A DNA stretch of 64,000 nucleotides from Eledone cirrhosa. Its lineage: Eukaryota. The translations under genes and the position numbers were made by a program. The stretch covers positions 6,386,001 through 6,450,000 of the forward strand of contig OZ024744.1 in the NCBI GenBank assembly GCA_964016885.1. Reading direction: 5' to 3'. Below are positions 39,420 to 54,735 of the stretch, piece by piece. Each line of letters opens with the position of its first letter. Position 1 is the first letter of the stretch. Under the pieces are notes generated by a model. The model worked only from the letters and a program-made list of their open reading frames with translations. It was not told the origin of the DNA and searched no databases.

Positions 39420-39523
39420 CTTATTCGTGTATATATATATGTATATATATACATATATATATATAAATATACATATAAATATATATACATATATATACAT
39501 ATATATATACATATATAAATATA

Positions 39524-39561
<38 letters not shown>

Positions 39562-39652
39562 TATATTTATATATATATGTATATATATATGTATATATAT
39601 GTATATATATGTCACTCTTCTTTCTTGTCATTCTTCTTTTTTGATATATATA

Positions 39653-41361
39653 TCAAGAAAGAAGAGTGACACGTTTTGCTATACAATAAGGGCTTTATTC
39701 ACATTGCTGATAATTGTTTCTCTGAACTAGTAGGTCTAGAGATCGCTACCCGCCTGCTTTTGCTTCAATCGATCACCAATACTTTGTTATAACCAGTCTA
39801 TTTATCAGAGCATGCGAGCAACTCCACCTGGCATTACATTGGATCAACCGTAGGTACGTTTAAAACAAGATGGTATGTGCACAGACATTCGATGAAGGAC
39901 CGTGCACTAATAGGTTCTACAACCCTCGCCAAAAAAATCTGGGTACTTAAGGACAATAACATCGACTACAATACAAACTAGTCGAGGTTGTCGGCCGCAA
40001 GGGCATATAGTACCGGTATGTCCTATTGTAGGCTCTGCGACCTTGAATTACGGTATATCCTTAGGAATGCTAAAAGGCCACTCAACAACAAAATAGAAAG
40101 GTCAATTTTCTGCAGACACAGGATCGCTACTAAATTTACAAGATTTAAGCCACTGTGATTCGAACCAACATAACTTAGCATTCAACATAGGAAATCCGCA
40201 CTCTTACACAGACCACCACAGAACTATAATATTCTTTAAACAGCTTCTAGCTTCCTTAATTCTATATCACAGTAATGCATTCAAATATCTCATCAACCCT
40301 TCTCGGCTGCTGTCAACACCACCTCCTCACATTAGCACTCATGATTTTCAACAGATGAACTAAATTCTAAGTACATTATGCACTACTACCACAGTCCTTT
40401 CAATATCACCTTCCTTCTGTTGTTATAACACACCAATGTATCCGTAATAGTAGTCATCATGTTCTCTCTATATATACCTTGCTTTCTTAACCTCTGTATT
40501 ACCTTATTGCCTATATTGTTGTTATTGTTGTCTTATTCATGCATGATTTGTTATTGATGTTGTGAAAGCTAAACAACCCCCATGATTCGAACTAACAATC
40601 CCTACATCTAATATAGACCACTTAAATAATTGTTTCTACTTTAGGCACAAGGCCAGCAAATTACCCAGTGCATTACTGGTACTTTTATTTTATCGACCCC
40701 GTAAGGATGAAAGGCAAAGTCAACCTCGGCGGGATTTGAACTCAGATCGTAAAGGGACGTAACTATGCTGGAAAGCATGGCGTCCGACCCTCTACCGATA
40801 AATAATGAATCCACTTTACACCACATAAAAATTACCATCCTCACTGCAATGAAAATATTTTATCTGTCAGAAAAAAAATAAATCTTACGGTCAGCAAACC
40901 TACAGTAAAGTAAATGGTCCATTGTTTCAAGCCCCAGGTTATCTCTACACTATATATAATACAGCCCATGACAGCTTTCACATGTCAATTTCATACATCT
41001 GTTTCGTATCAGTTCGTTCTACATGCCAAAGTCATCAGTATATTTTATTCCTTACTTAGATTGATGTGATTATTTTAACTATTTACGGTCTAGCTAATTT
41101 ATTTGAGTACTGTTGGCATTGTTAGTATTGTTATTATTGTTCTGATTTAATGCCACTACTATATATAGAAGCCATGCCTGTGTATTCCCTTCAATCTCGC
41201 ATGCTCTGGTGAATAGACTGGTTATAACAAAGTATTGGTGATCGATTGACGCAAAGGCAGGCGGGTAGCGATCTCTAGACCTACCAGTTCAAAGAAACAA
41301 TTGTCAGCAATGTGAATAAAGCCCTTATTGTATAGCAAACCATGTCACTCTTCTTTCTTGA
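39653..41361 (+). mobile_element. Truncated PLE (GIY-YIG tail about 39845-40158) bounded by inverted pLTR copies, each with an HHR motif
   Basis: FKTRWYVHRH...LAKKIWVLKD...CRLCDLE...FCRHR. 39653-39818 is the reverse complement of 41196-41361. The HHR cores are CTGATAA and CTGGTGA, with GAAACAATTGTC in the right copy. Confidence 0.8.
40628..40800 (-). mobile_element. tRNA-derived SINE nested in the PLE 3' UTR
   Basis: Reverse complement of the SINE consensus. Confidence 0.85.
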
Positions 41362-41679
41362 TTTATTATTACTCCAAGTGTAAACAACATAGAAATCACC
41401 GCGTACTCGCAGCATCACTATGGAAACGTCTTGTTGAGTCAAACTTAGCCAAGCGTTAATACTATCCACTACTCGGAGTACCCTAACTGGACTACATCTA
41501 AATGGACTACCTATAACAATACTTTGTTATCCCGTATATATAAGTAGAAGGGATATTCAATTTGTTGGTAACTTAACAAATATAATTGTTTATAACTGAT
41601 TCAGAGCACTCGACATGTTTTCTGGAGTATAATATTCAATGATATTAAATAAATGGAAACTATATTATAAAACCATATT

Positions 41680-41740
41680 TATTCTATTATATATATTTCA
41701 AGGGTACCAAAACTTTGGTACGCTCTCATCAGATAAAATA
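41680..41740 (-). ncRNA. Type I hammerhead
   Basis: Minus strand: TATTTTAT-CTGATGA-GAGCGTACCAAA...TTTGGTACCCTT-GAAA-TATATA-TA-ATAGAATA. Confidence 0.75.
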
Positions 41741-42340
41741 CAAAGTGTGTTTTATAAATGTTGCCATAACCAAGAAAAGATACCTTAACGGTTCAAGTTT
41801 TTCTTGGATAGTGAGGGGAAAAGAGAAGAAAAGTCAGATATTTCAAATTATTAAGATGAGTATGAAAATGAGGTTGAGGTATAGGGCTGAAAAAAAACGC
41901 TATGTAGAATTTAAATAATTATTAGGATATATATATGTATGTGTAGGAAGAAGAAGAAAAGAAAGAAGAGCTTGTATTTACGTTAATTTAAAAGGATTTA
42001 ACAATTTGCGGGAATGGTGAATATGATTCCAGAATTTAAATTTATTTAGCTATATTATGAGTTATAATATTGTATATATAATCAATTAGATTATATGAAG
42101 AATTATGGTTGTAAGTATATTTTATCTTATTACATTACAATAGGTTGTAAATATATAAATATCTATATAGATTAATAAGTGTGCAAGTATAAGTATTATA
42201 GAAATAGAAATAATTTACAATTATTAGTTGTTTACCTTTCCAATATAAGTTACGAAGGAGTTTATTTTGCATTTTACGCTCCATTATACGCTCTTTTGTC
42301 TGTTTTACATTACAGACAAGCAACCAAGCAATCAGAGTTT

Positions 42341-42406
<66 letters not shown>

Positions 42407-42438
42407 CAGCAGCAGAAGCGGCAGCAGTAGTAGTAGTA
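42341..42438. repeat. (TAG)n/(CAG) microsatellite
   Basis: Read directly from the sequence. Confidence 0.9.
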
Positions 42439-43543
<1,105 letters not shown>

Positions 43544-43749
43544 CATATACATATATATATATATATATGTGTGTGTCCGTATGTGTATGTGTGAAGCTAT
43601 AAATATATAAACAATGAGTTAGAATTGATCGGATACGGTCACTCTTACGAGTATTTCGCCTGAAGAAGGCATGCTTAAATTTAGCATCCATGAAATATAT
43701 ATAATGAAATAAATAACGATGCTATAGTGTTATATATTCCGTTTATTAC

Positions 43750-43796
<47 letters not shown>

Positions 43797-43802
<6 letters not shown>

Positions 43803-44305
43803 GCCACCGGAAATAACATCTGTGAAATATACAGCGCAATCTACCTGTTAGCTAGCTACCTCAGTGAAACAAAAGAACCCTTAAAACCTACCAGAATAAA
43901 CGCCTAAACAGCGGCTAAACATCAAACGATTATTTCTGTATAAATAGAGTGGTTCCAAACACTTCACCAGTGGACTTTTGGCAGAGTCAGCTAACGTATC
44001 GTTGTTCCTCTCCTCTGCCACGCTTTGTCACTCACACACGACTTGTACCCCGTATCGTCGCTTCATGTGAAAATAAATAGCTGATCGAATTTACATCTCG
44101 CCTTGCTTCGTCCTTTCAACTTGTGCTTTCGTCTGTCCATCCTCAACAGTTCTTTTAAGGGCTATATGCGACAACTGTCCTTTTAAGGGCTATCTTCAGA
44201 TCTGATCAGACCGTATGCGATAACAGTCCTTCTAAGGGCTATTCTCGGATCTGATCAGAAGTAGTGACTAGACTGACTAACCACGTCGCTACAATTGGTG
44301 ACCCC
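43797..44305 (+). mobile_element. LTR (TGTA...TACA, 43797-44293) plus PBS TGGTGACCCC (tRNA-Trp type); internal region absent
   Basis: TG...CA termini with a 4-bp inverted repeat, TATAAATA at about 43938, AATAAA at about 44072, and a PBS 2 nt after the LTR. Confidence 0.7.
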
Positions 44306-44962
44306 CATATATATATATATATACACACACATACATATGTGTGTGTGTATGTGCGCGTGCATATATATATATATATACATAACGTCATATATCTATAGAC
44401 ATACTTCATTTTCTTTAGAAATCTGTCAACATTTACGTTTGTCGTTAATCTGTTGAGAAACGTCTCTCTTCACCCCATTGAAAATTAACTGTGTTAGTTT
44501 CTTTACTTTATAATTCTCACTCTTACAGTAGTTTGATATGTGTGTATAGACCTGCATCTCTTGATGGAGTCGACAGGACGCCGTTTTCACATACAGCAAA
44601 TTTCTTACAGAAAACGTATAAAGAGTGACAGATAGAGTGGAAGTGAGAAAGTGATATAGCGGAGGAATCCAACCCCTGTAATAGACTGGTACTTTTTTAA
44701 TTGACCTAGAATGGATGAAATTTAAAGTTAACTACGCCAGGATTTGAACTGAGAGAGCAGAGAGCCGGAACTAATAATACAAAGCATTCTATCTGACGTC
44801 GTTATAACTCAAATTGCCCCCTTTGTACTTGGATGTGGACGAATGAATATTAGTTATAACAAGAGGGAACATGAAATATTTTAGAATGTAGACCATAGCC
44901 AGGGACACCAGACATATAAGAAAAACGAATGAGTAAATATTTAAATAAATCTTTAAATGTAA

Positions 44963-46541
44963 TCTATATATATAAAACTGTGGTTGTCTGTCTATCGATT
45001 TTTGGCACACATCTCCTCTTAGAATCTCTGACGGAATTGCACTGAAATTGCTATACTTGTACATTGAGCCCTAGCGAAGACATCGGAAAAAAAATATTTC
45101 AAATTGACCCACCCTATGTGACGAAATCGAATATAATGTATCGATTTTTGAGCGTAAGTTATCAGTTATTTCCCTTTGTTCTGTTTACATTGAGCGTCTT
45201 ACGTAAAAAATTACGCTGGCTTTCTCAGCGTTTAAAATGACATTAACACAATACACGAACAGTTGTCGAGCCAGCAAAATATTGACCTGCAAAATTCATC
45301 AGTTCGAACACTAAGCTTCCGTTTTTATTCATTTCCATTTAAAAGCATTTTAAAACAATATTTTTACCTGAAAACAAGTCTATTTAAAGACTACGTAAAA
45401 CAAGCAAATATTTCGTCGTTAGGCGTGCAGACAGACAGTCGTGCAGACAGACAGTCGTGCAGACAGACAGTCGTGCAGAGAGGTGATATACGCGTGCAGA
45501 CAGATAGTCGTGCAGAGAGGTGATATAGGCGTGCAGACAGACAGTCGTGCAGAGAGGTGATATAGGCGTGCAGACAGACAGTCGTGCAGAGAGGTGATAT
45601 AGGCGTGCAGACAGACATAACTGATAATTTGGTTACGCTAATGTTTTTCTCTGCGTTGCAGTGTTTACATTTTCGATCTTTGTTAATAAATAACCAGTGC
45701 AGTTTCTATCCCCAGCATCCTCTTTTGTTATAACATTCGGGTTATCGTTATGTTTTCTTAACTTCATAAGGCATATTGTTGGTTGAGGGAATATTAATCA
45801 AAAACACCACATGCAAGTCTGCACAGTAGACACTACAGTTTTTAAGCCAAAAAAGAAACTTAACATTGTAACTTTAACACAGCTACTGAGCGACCCCGAG
45901 CAACGCCGGGCTTTACTGCTAGTCTATATATATATAAAGCTGTGGTTGTCTGTCTGTCTATCGATTTTTTGGCACACATCTCCTCTTAGAATCTCTGACG
46001 GAATTGCACCGAAATTGCTATACTTGTACATTGAGCCCTAGCGAAGACATCGGAAAAAAAAATTTCAAATTGACCCACCCTATGTGACGAAATCGAATCT
46101 AATGTATCGATTTTTGAGCGTAAGTGACGAGTTATTTCCCTTTGTTCTGTTTACATTGAGCGTTTACATTGGCTTTCTCAGCGTTTAAAATGACATTAAC
46201 ACAATACACGAACAGTTGTCGAGCCAGCAAAATTTTGACCTGCAAAATTCATCAGTTCGAACACTAAGCTTCCGTTTTGCTTCATTTCCATTTAAAAGCC
46301 TTTTAAAACAATATTTTTACTTGAAAACAAGTCTATTTAAAGACTACGTAAAACAAGCAAATATTTCGTAAAAAAAAGCAAAAATTATATAAGTTTATTT
46401 AAAATATATGTATCTGTAAATTTCGTTAGGCGTGCAGACAGACAGTCGTGCAGACAGACTTTAAGCCAAAAAATAAACTTAACATTGTAACTTTAACACA
46501 GCTACTGAGCGACCCCGAGCAACGCCGGGCTTTACTGCTAG
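44963..46541 (+). mobile_element. Head-to-tail dimer of a non-autonomous Helitron (44963-45922 and 45923-46541)
   Basis: Each unit starts TCTATATATATAAA and ends with a CCCG-AGCAACGC-CGGG hairpin plus CTAG. The dimer sits between A and T with no TSD. Confidence 0.85.
45421..45617 (+). repeat. Minisatellite inside Helitron copy 1
   Basis: Alternating CGTGCAGACAGACAGT and CGTGCAGAGAGGTGATATAGG units. Confidence 0.85.
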
Positions 46542-46696
46542 TATATTATATAATAAAATAGATTTACTCTCTATTTTACCGCTCTATAATACAGAATATG
46601 ATTAGAGTGCAAAGACTAATATATATGTATGAATGGAAGTTGTCTGTGTGTGAGTATGTGTCTATGTCCGTGTCCTCGTTATAATTAGAAAACGAA

Positions 46697-46935
<239 letters not shown>

Positions 46936-47329
46936 TTACTCTTTTACTCCTTATTTTTCATTTTTTTTATTTTAATCCTCTGAGATTTTATTGTACCTCT
47001 TGCATTTTTATTTCGCCAATTTATAAACTCTATATACTACATATCACGTATTTCGTATACTTTTCATGTTATTGTTATCTTTACCATCATCACTATTTTA
47101 CACATCCACTTACTCACCACTATAACTTCAACTACCACCACTACTCCTACTATTATCAGCAATCGTATTTTGTACTTATTTTTTACTAATTTTCTACATC
47201 TTTACCATTTTCCTTATAAACTTCTTTATTATTATTATCTTTTATTATCTGTTATTATTGATGTTATTATTTTCATTCACTTGATTCTCCGATGTATCTA
47301 TAAATACCAATGCCATGTGTTACACCCTC

Positions 47330-47444
47330 CAGTATTACGATGATTTGATCAGAGTCACACACTGTATTTAAGGTCAAGTGACGCAACTTCGAGTGATTAG
47401 CGGCCTTTAGACTCACCTGATCAATGAAACAATTGTTAGTACTG
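47330..47444 (+). ncRNA. Degenerate hammerhead motif with long stem II
   Basis: CAGTATT-ACGATGA-TTTGATCAG...CTGATCAAT-GAAA-CAATTG-TT-AGTACTG. Core positions 3-4 are mutated. Confidence 0.5.
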
Positions 47445-48263
47445 TAAATATATATATATATATATATGCGTACATATATTAGAAAGTGATGTTTTTTTTA
47501 CGAAATGAAAAATAACCGAGGTGTCCTACACGAGTGAAAGTATAAAGAAAAAAAGATGAAATCGAAAATGAAACTGGAGTCTTATTTTTAAGAAAATATA
47601 TATATATTTATTTGGTTCCTTTACCAGTTTCGCAGTTCTTCGGCTTTTCAAAAGTAGAGTTGAGGTGGAGGGTCTGTGGTTTTTCTCACATCTGGTTGGT
47701 CTCTGAATGTTACTTGTTTTATATGGAAAAAGTGGCTCGAAATGCCATGTTTTTCGAGAAGTAATTTGATTGGTTGGTCAATAATTATAACAAATTTCGC
47801 GCGAGTTTGCGTTACAAAGTTCTTCAAATAAGATGGGGGGGGGTTGTCACAGGTTGCTTTTTTCATATATGAGTGTTTGAATTTCTTTTTACTTAAAAAG
47901 GGGGGGGCTCACGAAGGCTTTTCTTTTTTAATAAACGTAATTTGATTGGTTATAAATGAAATTATGGCTGTCACGTGAACATGTTTTCATTAAATTTTCG
48001 CGCCCTTATTTGGAAATCTATTCTGTAGCCTTTTTAGAGAATTTTATGACAAGTAAAAGATAATGGTCAAGAGAAATTGGATGGGAGAATTATTCTGGTT
48101 CAGTGAATATGGTTAGTTCGCTGGGGTGTCAGAATTCAGATTTTCTATTGAATAAAGAAAGTAAAGATATGTATGTTTATTTGTGTGCTTGTGTGTGTGT
48201 GTGTGGGTGTGTTTGAATTCCTTTTTACTTAAAAAAAGGGGCTCACAAAGGCTTCTTTTTTAC

Positions 48264-48352
<89 letters not shown>

Positions 48353-48365
48353 TACGTACATATAT

Positions 48366-48463
<98 letters not shown>

Positions 48464-48480
48464 GTATATATGTATATATT

Positions 48481-48511
<31 letters not shown>

Positions 48512-48522
48512 ATATGTACGTA

Positions 48523-48559
<37 letters not shown>

Positions 48560-48834
48560 ACATTTGTGTAATAATATTGCCAGAATTAATAACAGAACAC
48601 ACTCACTGTTTGGTTGGTTTTCACTTCTGGGCCTTTTATATCGGTTAATTTAATTTATTCGGTCCTCAATGTTACCATTGACTGACCAACGGTAAAAAAT
48701 ACAGATGTAATATAGACACAAACACATATATATAGACTAACAAAGTTCTTTCGTTGCACATCTGCAACATCGTCAGTGGTGCTATTATGTTTCCTCCTGT
48801 TGTATTGTATGTTTACGCCATCTTTATTTAATAT

Positions 48835-48919
<85 letters not shown>

Positions 48920-49443
48920 GAGTATATGTTGGTTGTATACCAACACCTCAGTATGCAGGCTGGAGCACTCATATATGTATATATATATATACATATATGA
49001 TTATGTTTAAATATATACTTGCTTCTAATTGACTTACGGTTGCGAAAAAGCAATTAGGCTGTAACTAGCGTCTTCTTCTAGCAATGAACTTACTGACTAC
49101 TAGTCCACCCTTCACGACACTTTTATATTGACCGCTAACCACGTGATCATTTTCACCCCTTTGGAATATGTTACTGGCAGCGATGACTTTGACAAAACAT
49201 CGGTCCTAATTGAGGGATTATCTTGATAAACCTGAAGCCTCATGGATAATGCACCGATTAGATATTTTCACGAAGTACAAGCGAAACTGTCGACAGTCGG
49301 GGTTAGAGGAGTATCAATAAACATTTACCTATTATTTCTTCAAACTTATATTTTAAACTTAACTCCGTTTAATTGATTATTTTAGTTAAATTCTACGAAT
49401 TAAGAAGAAAAATTAGGTAAATTTTATCTGCCTGTTCTTCAAA

Positions 49444-49510
<67 letters not shown>

Positions 49511-49545
49511 CGTAAAATAAGAAAATTATAAAATTAACTTACTTA

Positions 49546-49615
<70 letters not shown>

Positions 49616-50271
49616 AAGAGTGAGAGAGTGACGGCGATAGATATCCTACGTATACAACCCCCCCCCCCCCCGCCACAGACATATGCATTTGTTGTTGCTA
49701 TGGGAACGATATGTGATATGTGATATATGCTGCAGGCAAAAAAAGCATGTTCTTCTTGTTGTGTGCCTGGCTGACATATCAGTTCCTAAAAGGGTCCTTC
49801 CAGTCATTGCGTTCACAATTTGTGGAAGGAGACGTGATGTGTCAATGAACTATTCTGACTTCTTCCACCGAGTATAGACTCAAGGCTGTAAATTATCAAA
49901 AGGATATCTTTCTCATTTTTACAAGGGTAATAAAAGGGGTCGAAATTGCAGGCATTTAGTCTAAGTGTACCCAGTTGCGGAATTTCGTCAGATAGTAATT
50001 GAAATAAAAAGCTTTGAGGGTGGGCAATAGAACCACTGCGATCACAGCGACAAATGCGACAACAACAACAATAACATTGACTACAACACTAACAACCACT
50101 ACCGCAACAGCGATGATAATAATAAACTTTTTACAACAACAACAATAGCCATCCCAAACAGCCACAACTAGATCTAAACAGCCGTGACAACAATAACAAA
50201 ACAAATGCATATATTACATATCGCATTGCATAAACGAACCATTGAAATAATATATTTTAATGTTATTCTTA

Positions 50272-50390
50272 TAATTGTTTCTACTTTAGGCACAAGACCA
50301 GCAATCACCCAGTGCATTACTGGTACTTTATTTTATCGATCGCGTAAGGATGAGAGGCAAAGTCAACCTCGGCGGGATTTGAACTCAGAT
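50272..50390 (-). mobile_element. tRNA-derived SINE, partial
   Basis: B box, core and tail, reverse-complemented. Confidence 0.8.
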
Positions 50391-50499
50391 TCTTATAATG
50401 AATCTTCATCGTAACAACACAATACGAATGTAGAGAACTTTCTTCTGCTTACTCCTGTTTTACCAAAACAACCTTTACTGAACACAATATATATTCACA

Positions 50500-51583
50500 C
50501 CCAGGGATATTACTGCATTGAATCCATGTATAAAGAACTGCATGCTTATCAGCAAAATATCATGCATGGATATGTTGCCAAGAAACTCCAGAGTGAGAGT
50601 AATATAGATAAGGAAAGTAGTCTATCTTGGACCAACAACCGCTATATTGGCTCCCACTTTGAAGGATACGCTTTTGCAATCCAGGAACAGGAGATTAACA
50701 CGAAATACCTGATTGACAAAAGAGATAGGGATGCAGGTAAAACACCTACATGTGATAACAAGTGCAGACTCTGCAGAACTAACATCGAGGATATCACTCA
50801 TGTCATCAGCAGCTGTCCAAAGATGTCATCGCGGTACTATCTACCTATGAGGCATGATGTAGTGGACAAAACATTGTACAATGCAATCCGCAGAAAATAT
50901 AGCCCCGATAATAAACACATTAAAAGCTACAACAATGTGGAAGACATCCATGTACATAATATGAAAGAGTACTGGTGGAATGTTCCAGTAAAAACCCCAA
51001 TAAAATGCAGGCATAACAAACCAGATATTATGATATGGGACAGGGAGAAGAAAACATGCACAGTAGTGGAAATTAGCTGCCCAGCAGATGCCAATATAAT
51101 ATCAAAGATTAGTGAAAAGGAAAATATTTATGCAGAACTAATGAGAAATCTGCAGATAATCCACCCTGATTACACCTTCAGATTTATGTCTGTGATTATT
51201 GGGGCACTGGGATATGTTAGTAACTGCCTCAATACAAATCTTGAGAAGCTGGGTTTACAGGAACAGAAAGAACACAACTAGTTAGAAAATTACAAGTACA
51301 ATCCATTAATGGAACAGTAAAATTGTGTAAAACATTCCAAAAGTGTTGCATCTAATAACTGCATATACACATGTACAGATACAAAGCATATACACATGCA
51401 CACATACAACTGAAAACATCCACATCCACACATACAATAAAATCCATAACTACAGATGCAGACATACATACATATCTACCTAGTTGATGTTGTGTAAATT
51501 CCAATGAGAGAGTCTTGTGTCTATGTTAGAAACCGACTCTCTCTCTATTGGTAAAACTTTGTGAAATTATAAAACCAAAAGAA
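50500..51583 (+). mobile_element. 5'-truncated R4/Dong-like LINE (family A), ending in (CATA)n
   Basis: AIQEQ, CRLC...ITHVISSC, RHD, HNKPDI...VVEISCP...K...Y. Nearly identical to 61500-62560. Confidence 0.88.
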
Positions 51584-51748
51584 CATACATACATACATAC
51601 AAACACATACATACATACATACATACATACATACATACATACACATACATACATACATACATACATACATACACATACATACATACACATACATACATAC
51701 ATACATACATACATACATACATACATACATACATACATACATACATAC

Positions 51749-52218
51749 ATGGTGGCTGCCAACTCGTTTTCGAGTACGGCCACTACTTTATATCCATGTA
51801 GGAGAACCCCTACCGATGCGCTGAACGAGTGTGACTTTTTAGTCCAGCCAGCGACTTGAAAATTCTGGTACAAACACTACACTTGTGACAATTATTGATA
51901 CATAGTGCTGGGCCCATGGTACCATGTGACGACAAGTGCAGAGAGATCTCCAGATATAAAGCAATACCTGTGCCGTGAAGCTTTTATAGTGAGCAAAAGC
52001 ACTGCACAAAGCCAGTCCCACTCTCTTAACCAAGATGATATTTACCAAAAAGAAGAACAAGCCAACATCATTAGATACCATCAGGGTTGCAGGTGTTATA
52101 TCAGAGTTTTCCTTCTCCTAGAATTCAGACAGGTTTTGTTTTTAGTCCTGCAGGATGTCCAAAGTCACCCTCCTCACTAATAAACCTTGGTGGGGTTGCC
52201 AGATTAGTCGCCAACGAC
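51749..52218 (-). mobile_element. RTE-derived non-autonomous element, internally deleted copy
   Basis: Matches 57998-58575. Its (TGTA)n tail is the (CATA)n tract at 51584-51750. Confidence 0.8.
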
Positions 52219-52227
52219 ATACATACA

Positions 52228-53325
52228 TGGGTCTAAAATCCATATTAACATCATATGAGTCCCGGATAGTAACACTGAAGCAACACCTTCAAGAGAGGAA
52301 AAAGGTTGGCAACCATCTTGCACAGGTTTATGAGCATGAAAAAAAATCATTAGAGTAGCGACTGATCTGGAGGAGAGATATGGAATAAAGCCTGATATAA
52401 ATCTCTCACCCAGAGAAATCGGAAGATCCTATTCAATGTTCAAACAAGATAAAAAATTGACCAATTTACAGAAAAATTTGTGCTTGGATACTTGAGACGT
52501 AAAACACAGACCATAGAGGGGATAAACCACTCAAAAAGCCTGGCATGGAATTCCGACAAGTTTATGACATCACACCTTGAGGGATATCTCTATGCAGTAG
52601 AGGAACAAGAACTCCCTACCAAATATCTGCTGCACAAAAGAGGGGGGCCAGCAGCTGACAATAAATGTAGGCTATGTAAAACAAAGATCGAGGATGTAAG
52701 CCACATTGTTGCCAGCTGCGAAAGAATGTCATCTCGCTACTACCTCCCCATGAGACACGATGGGATAGCTAGAACCATCTGGAACGCACTTCGGAAAACA
52801 AAATTAACAACAAACGAGGAAGAATATATTGAGACAGATGGCACTAAGGAATACTGGTGGAACCTGAAAATAAAATCTGTCACCTAATTAAAGCACAACC
52901 GGCCTGATATTGTTGTTTGGTCCGCACATTGAAAACGTGTTCTGTTGTGGAGATCAGCTGCCCACTTGATGTAAACGTTGTCAGAAAAATACAGGAGAAG
53001 GAGGACATCTACATACCATTGATGAGGAGTTTACAAATCCAGTATCCAAGATACACCTTTAGCTTCATACCCATCATTTTTGGAGCTACGGGTTATATAC
53101 CAACCCGCTTGGACCAAAGTATGACTGAACTTGGATTTGCGGACAAAGAGCGCAGCTACCTAATTCATAGTCTACAAATGACTGCGATAGCTGGCACCTT
53201 CAAAATTTGCAAAACATTCTTGCGATTCAAGGGATGACAATTTCTTTTCTTTTACAACCTTGCCACCAGGAAGGTGGCCGGTCATAAAAATATACTTGAA
53301 ATTAAGAGAAAGAGATAAGACATGC
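52228..53325 (+). mobile_element. 5'-truncated R4/Dong-like LINE (family B)
   Basis: AVEEQE, CRLC...VSHIVASC, RHD, HNRPDI and VVEISCP, with CATA repeats at both junctions. Confidence 0.85.
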
Positions 53326-53611
53326 ATACATGATGGCTGCCCCCTCGTTATCGAGTATGACCATTGCACGATATGACATTATTAATAATTATTAATTAAT
53401 TAATTAATTCCATAGTGCAATGCCTGTGCGTGAAGATTTTTTTAAAGTGAGGAAAAACTGTGCACTGAGCCAATCCCATGCTCTGAGCGACAGTAGCTAT
53501 AACCCGAAAATAAGAAAAGATCAACATCTTAGGTAACCTCTGAGCCGCATACATACATACATACATACATACATACATACATACATACATACATACATAC
53601 ATACATACATA

Positions 53612-54025
53612 CATGGTGGCTGCCAACTCGTTTTCGAGTACGGCCACTACTTTATATCCATGTAGGAGAACCCCTACCGATGCGCTGAACGAGTGTGACT
53701 TTTTAGTCCAGCCAGCGACTTGAAAACTCTGGTACAAACACTACACTTGTGACAATTATTGACACATAGTGCTGGGCCCATGGTACCATGTGACGACAAG
53801 TGCAGAGAGATCTCCAGATATAAAGCAATGCCTGTGCCGTGAAGCTTTTATAGTGAGCAAAGGCACTGCACAAAGCCAGTCCCACTCTCTTAACCAAGAT
53901 GATATTTACCAAAAAGAAGAACAAGTCAACATCATTGGATACCATCAGGGTTGCAGGTGTTATATCAGAGTTTTCCCTCTCCTAGAATTCTGCCTTGACA
54001 AAGGCTAAGAGGTCATCTCTCCCGG
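53612..54025 (-). mobile_element. RTE-derived non-autonomous element, 5'-truncated
   Basis: Near-identical to 57998-58410, with a (CATA)n tract at 53548-53613. Confidence 0.8.
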
Positions 54026-54438
54026 TCATATACAAACATACATACAATGTTCCATCTTAGTTAATAAATACTATATCAGCTGACGAGGAGCGCCTCTAGA
54101 AATTGATCTTTCCCATTCTTCCATTACATTTTTCGAATTTTCGATTTAATTTACGCACATACACATTAAATATGGTATATATATATAGATGTATATATAT
54201 ATATAGGAATAGCTTCTACAAGAGTAGAACTGTTTCATTCATATAGTTATATAGATGTATATATATTTATATATATGTATATATATTTATATATACGTAT
54301 ATATATATAATGCATATATATATATATATATATATATATACATGTGTGTGTATAGTAATGCATATATATATGTTCTATGCAGAAATACACATACACATAC
54401 ACATACACACATATATATGTGTGTGTGTGTATGTAAGT

Positions 54439-54469
<31 letters not shown>

Positions 54470-54672
54470 CATATATATACATAGTCAGTGTGTTGATGAG
54501 TGGACATGAGTGCATATGAGTGCATAAGAGTGCACATGTGTGTATGTGGGTGTGTGCATTACATCTCATTAAATACAATCGTCGCATGTGTATACATACA
54601 TACAGATTTTTATTTTCATCAGTTTTCAAGATTTCTTTCCATGGTGGTCTCGGAAAGAAATATATAAAAAAC

Positions 54673-54735
<63 letters not shown>

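Noticed and set aside
38115-39518. Repeated 64-72 aa ORFs in the tandem array
   Set aside because: They have no recognisable domain and repeat only because the DNA unit repeats. The conserved feature is the RNA structure.
40990-41042. Minus-strand CTGATGA...GAAACAGATGTA
   Set aside because: Stems I and II are too weak to call.
49690-49930. Possible host exon in unique-looking sequence (also 9430-9520 and 10570-10700)
   Set aside because: I found no consistent open frame bounded by both splice sites and no recognisable protein.
54075-54110. CTGACGA-GGAG CGC CTCT-AGAAA
   Set aside because: Stem III and the cleavage triplet are missing.
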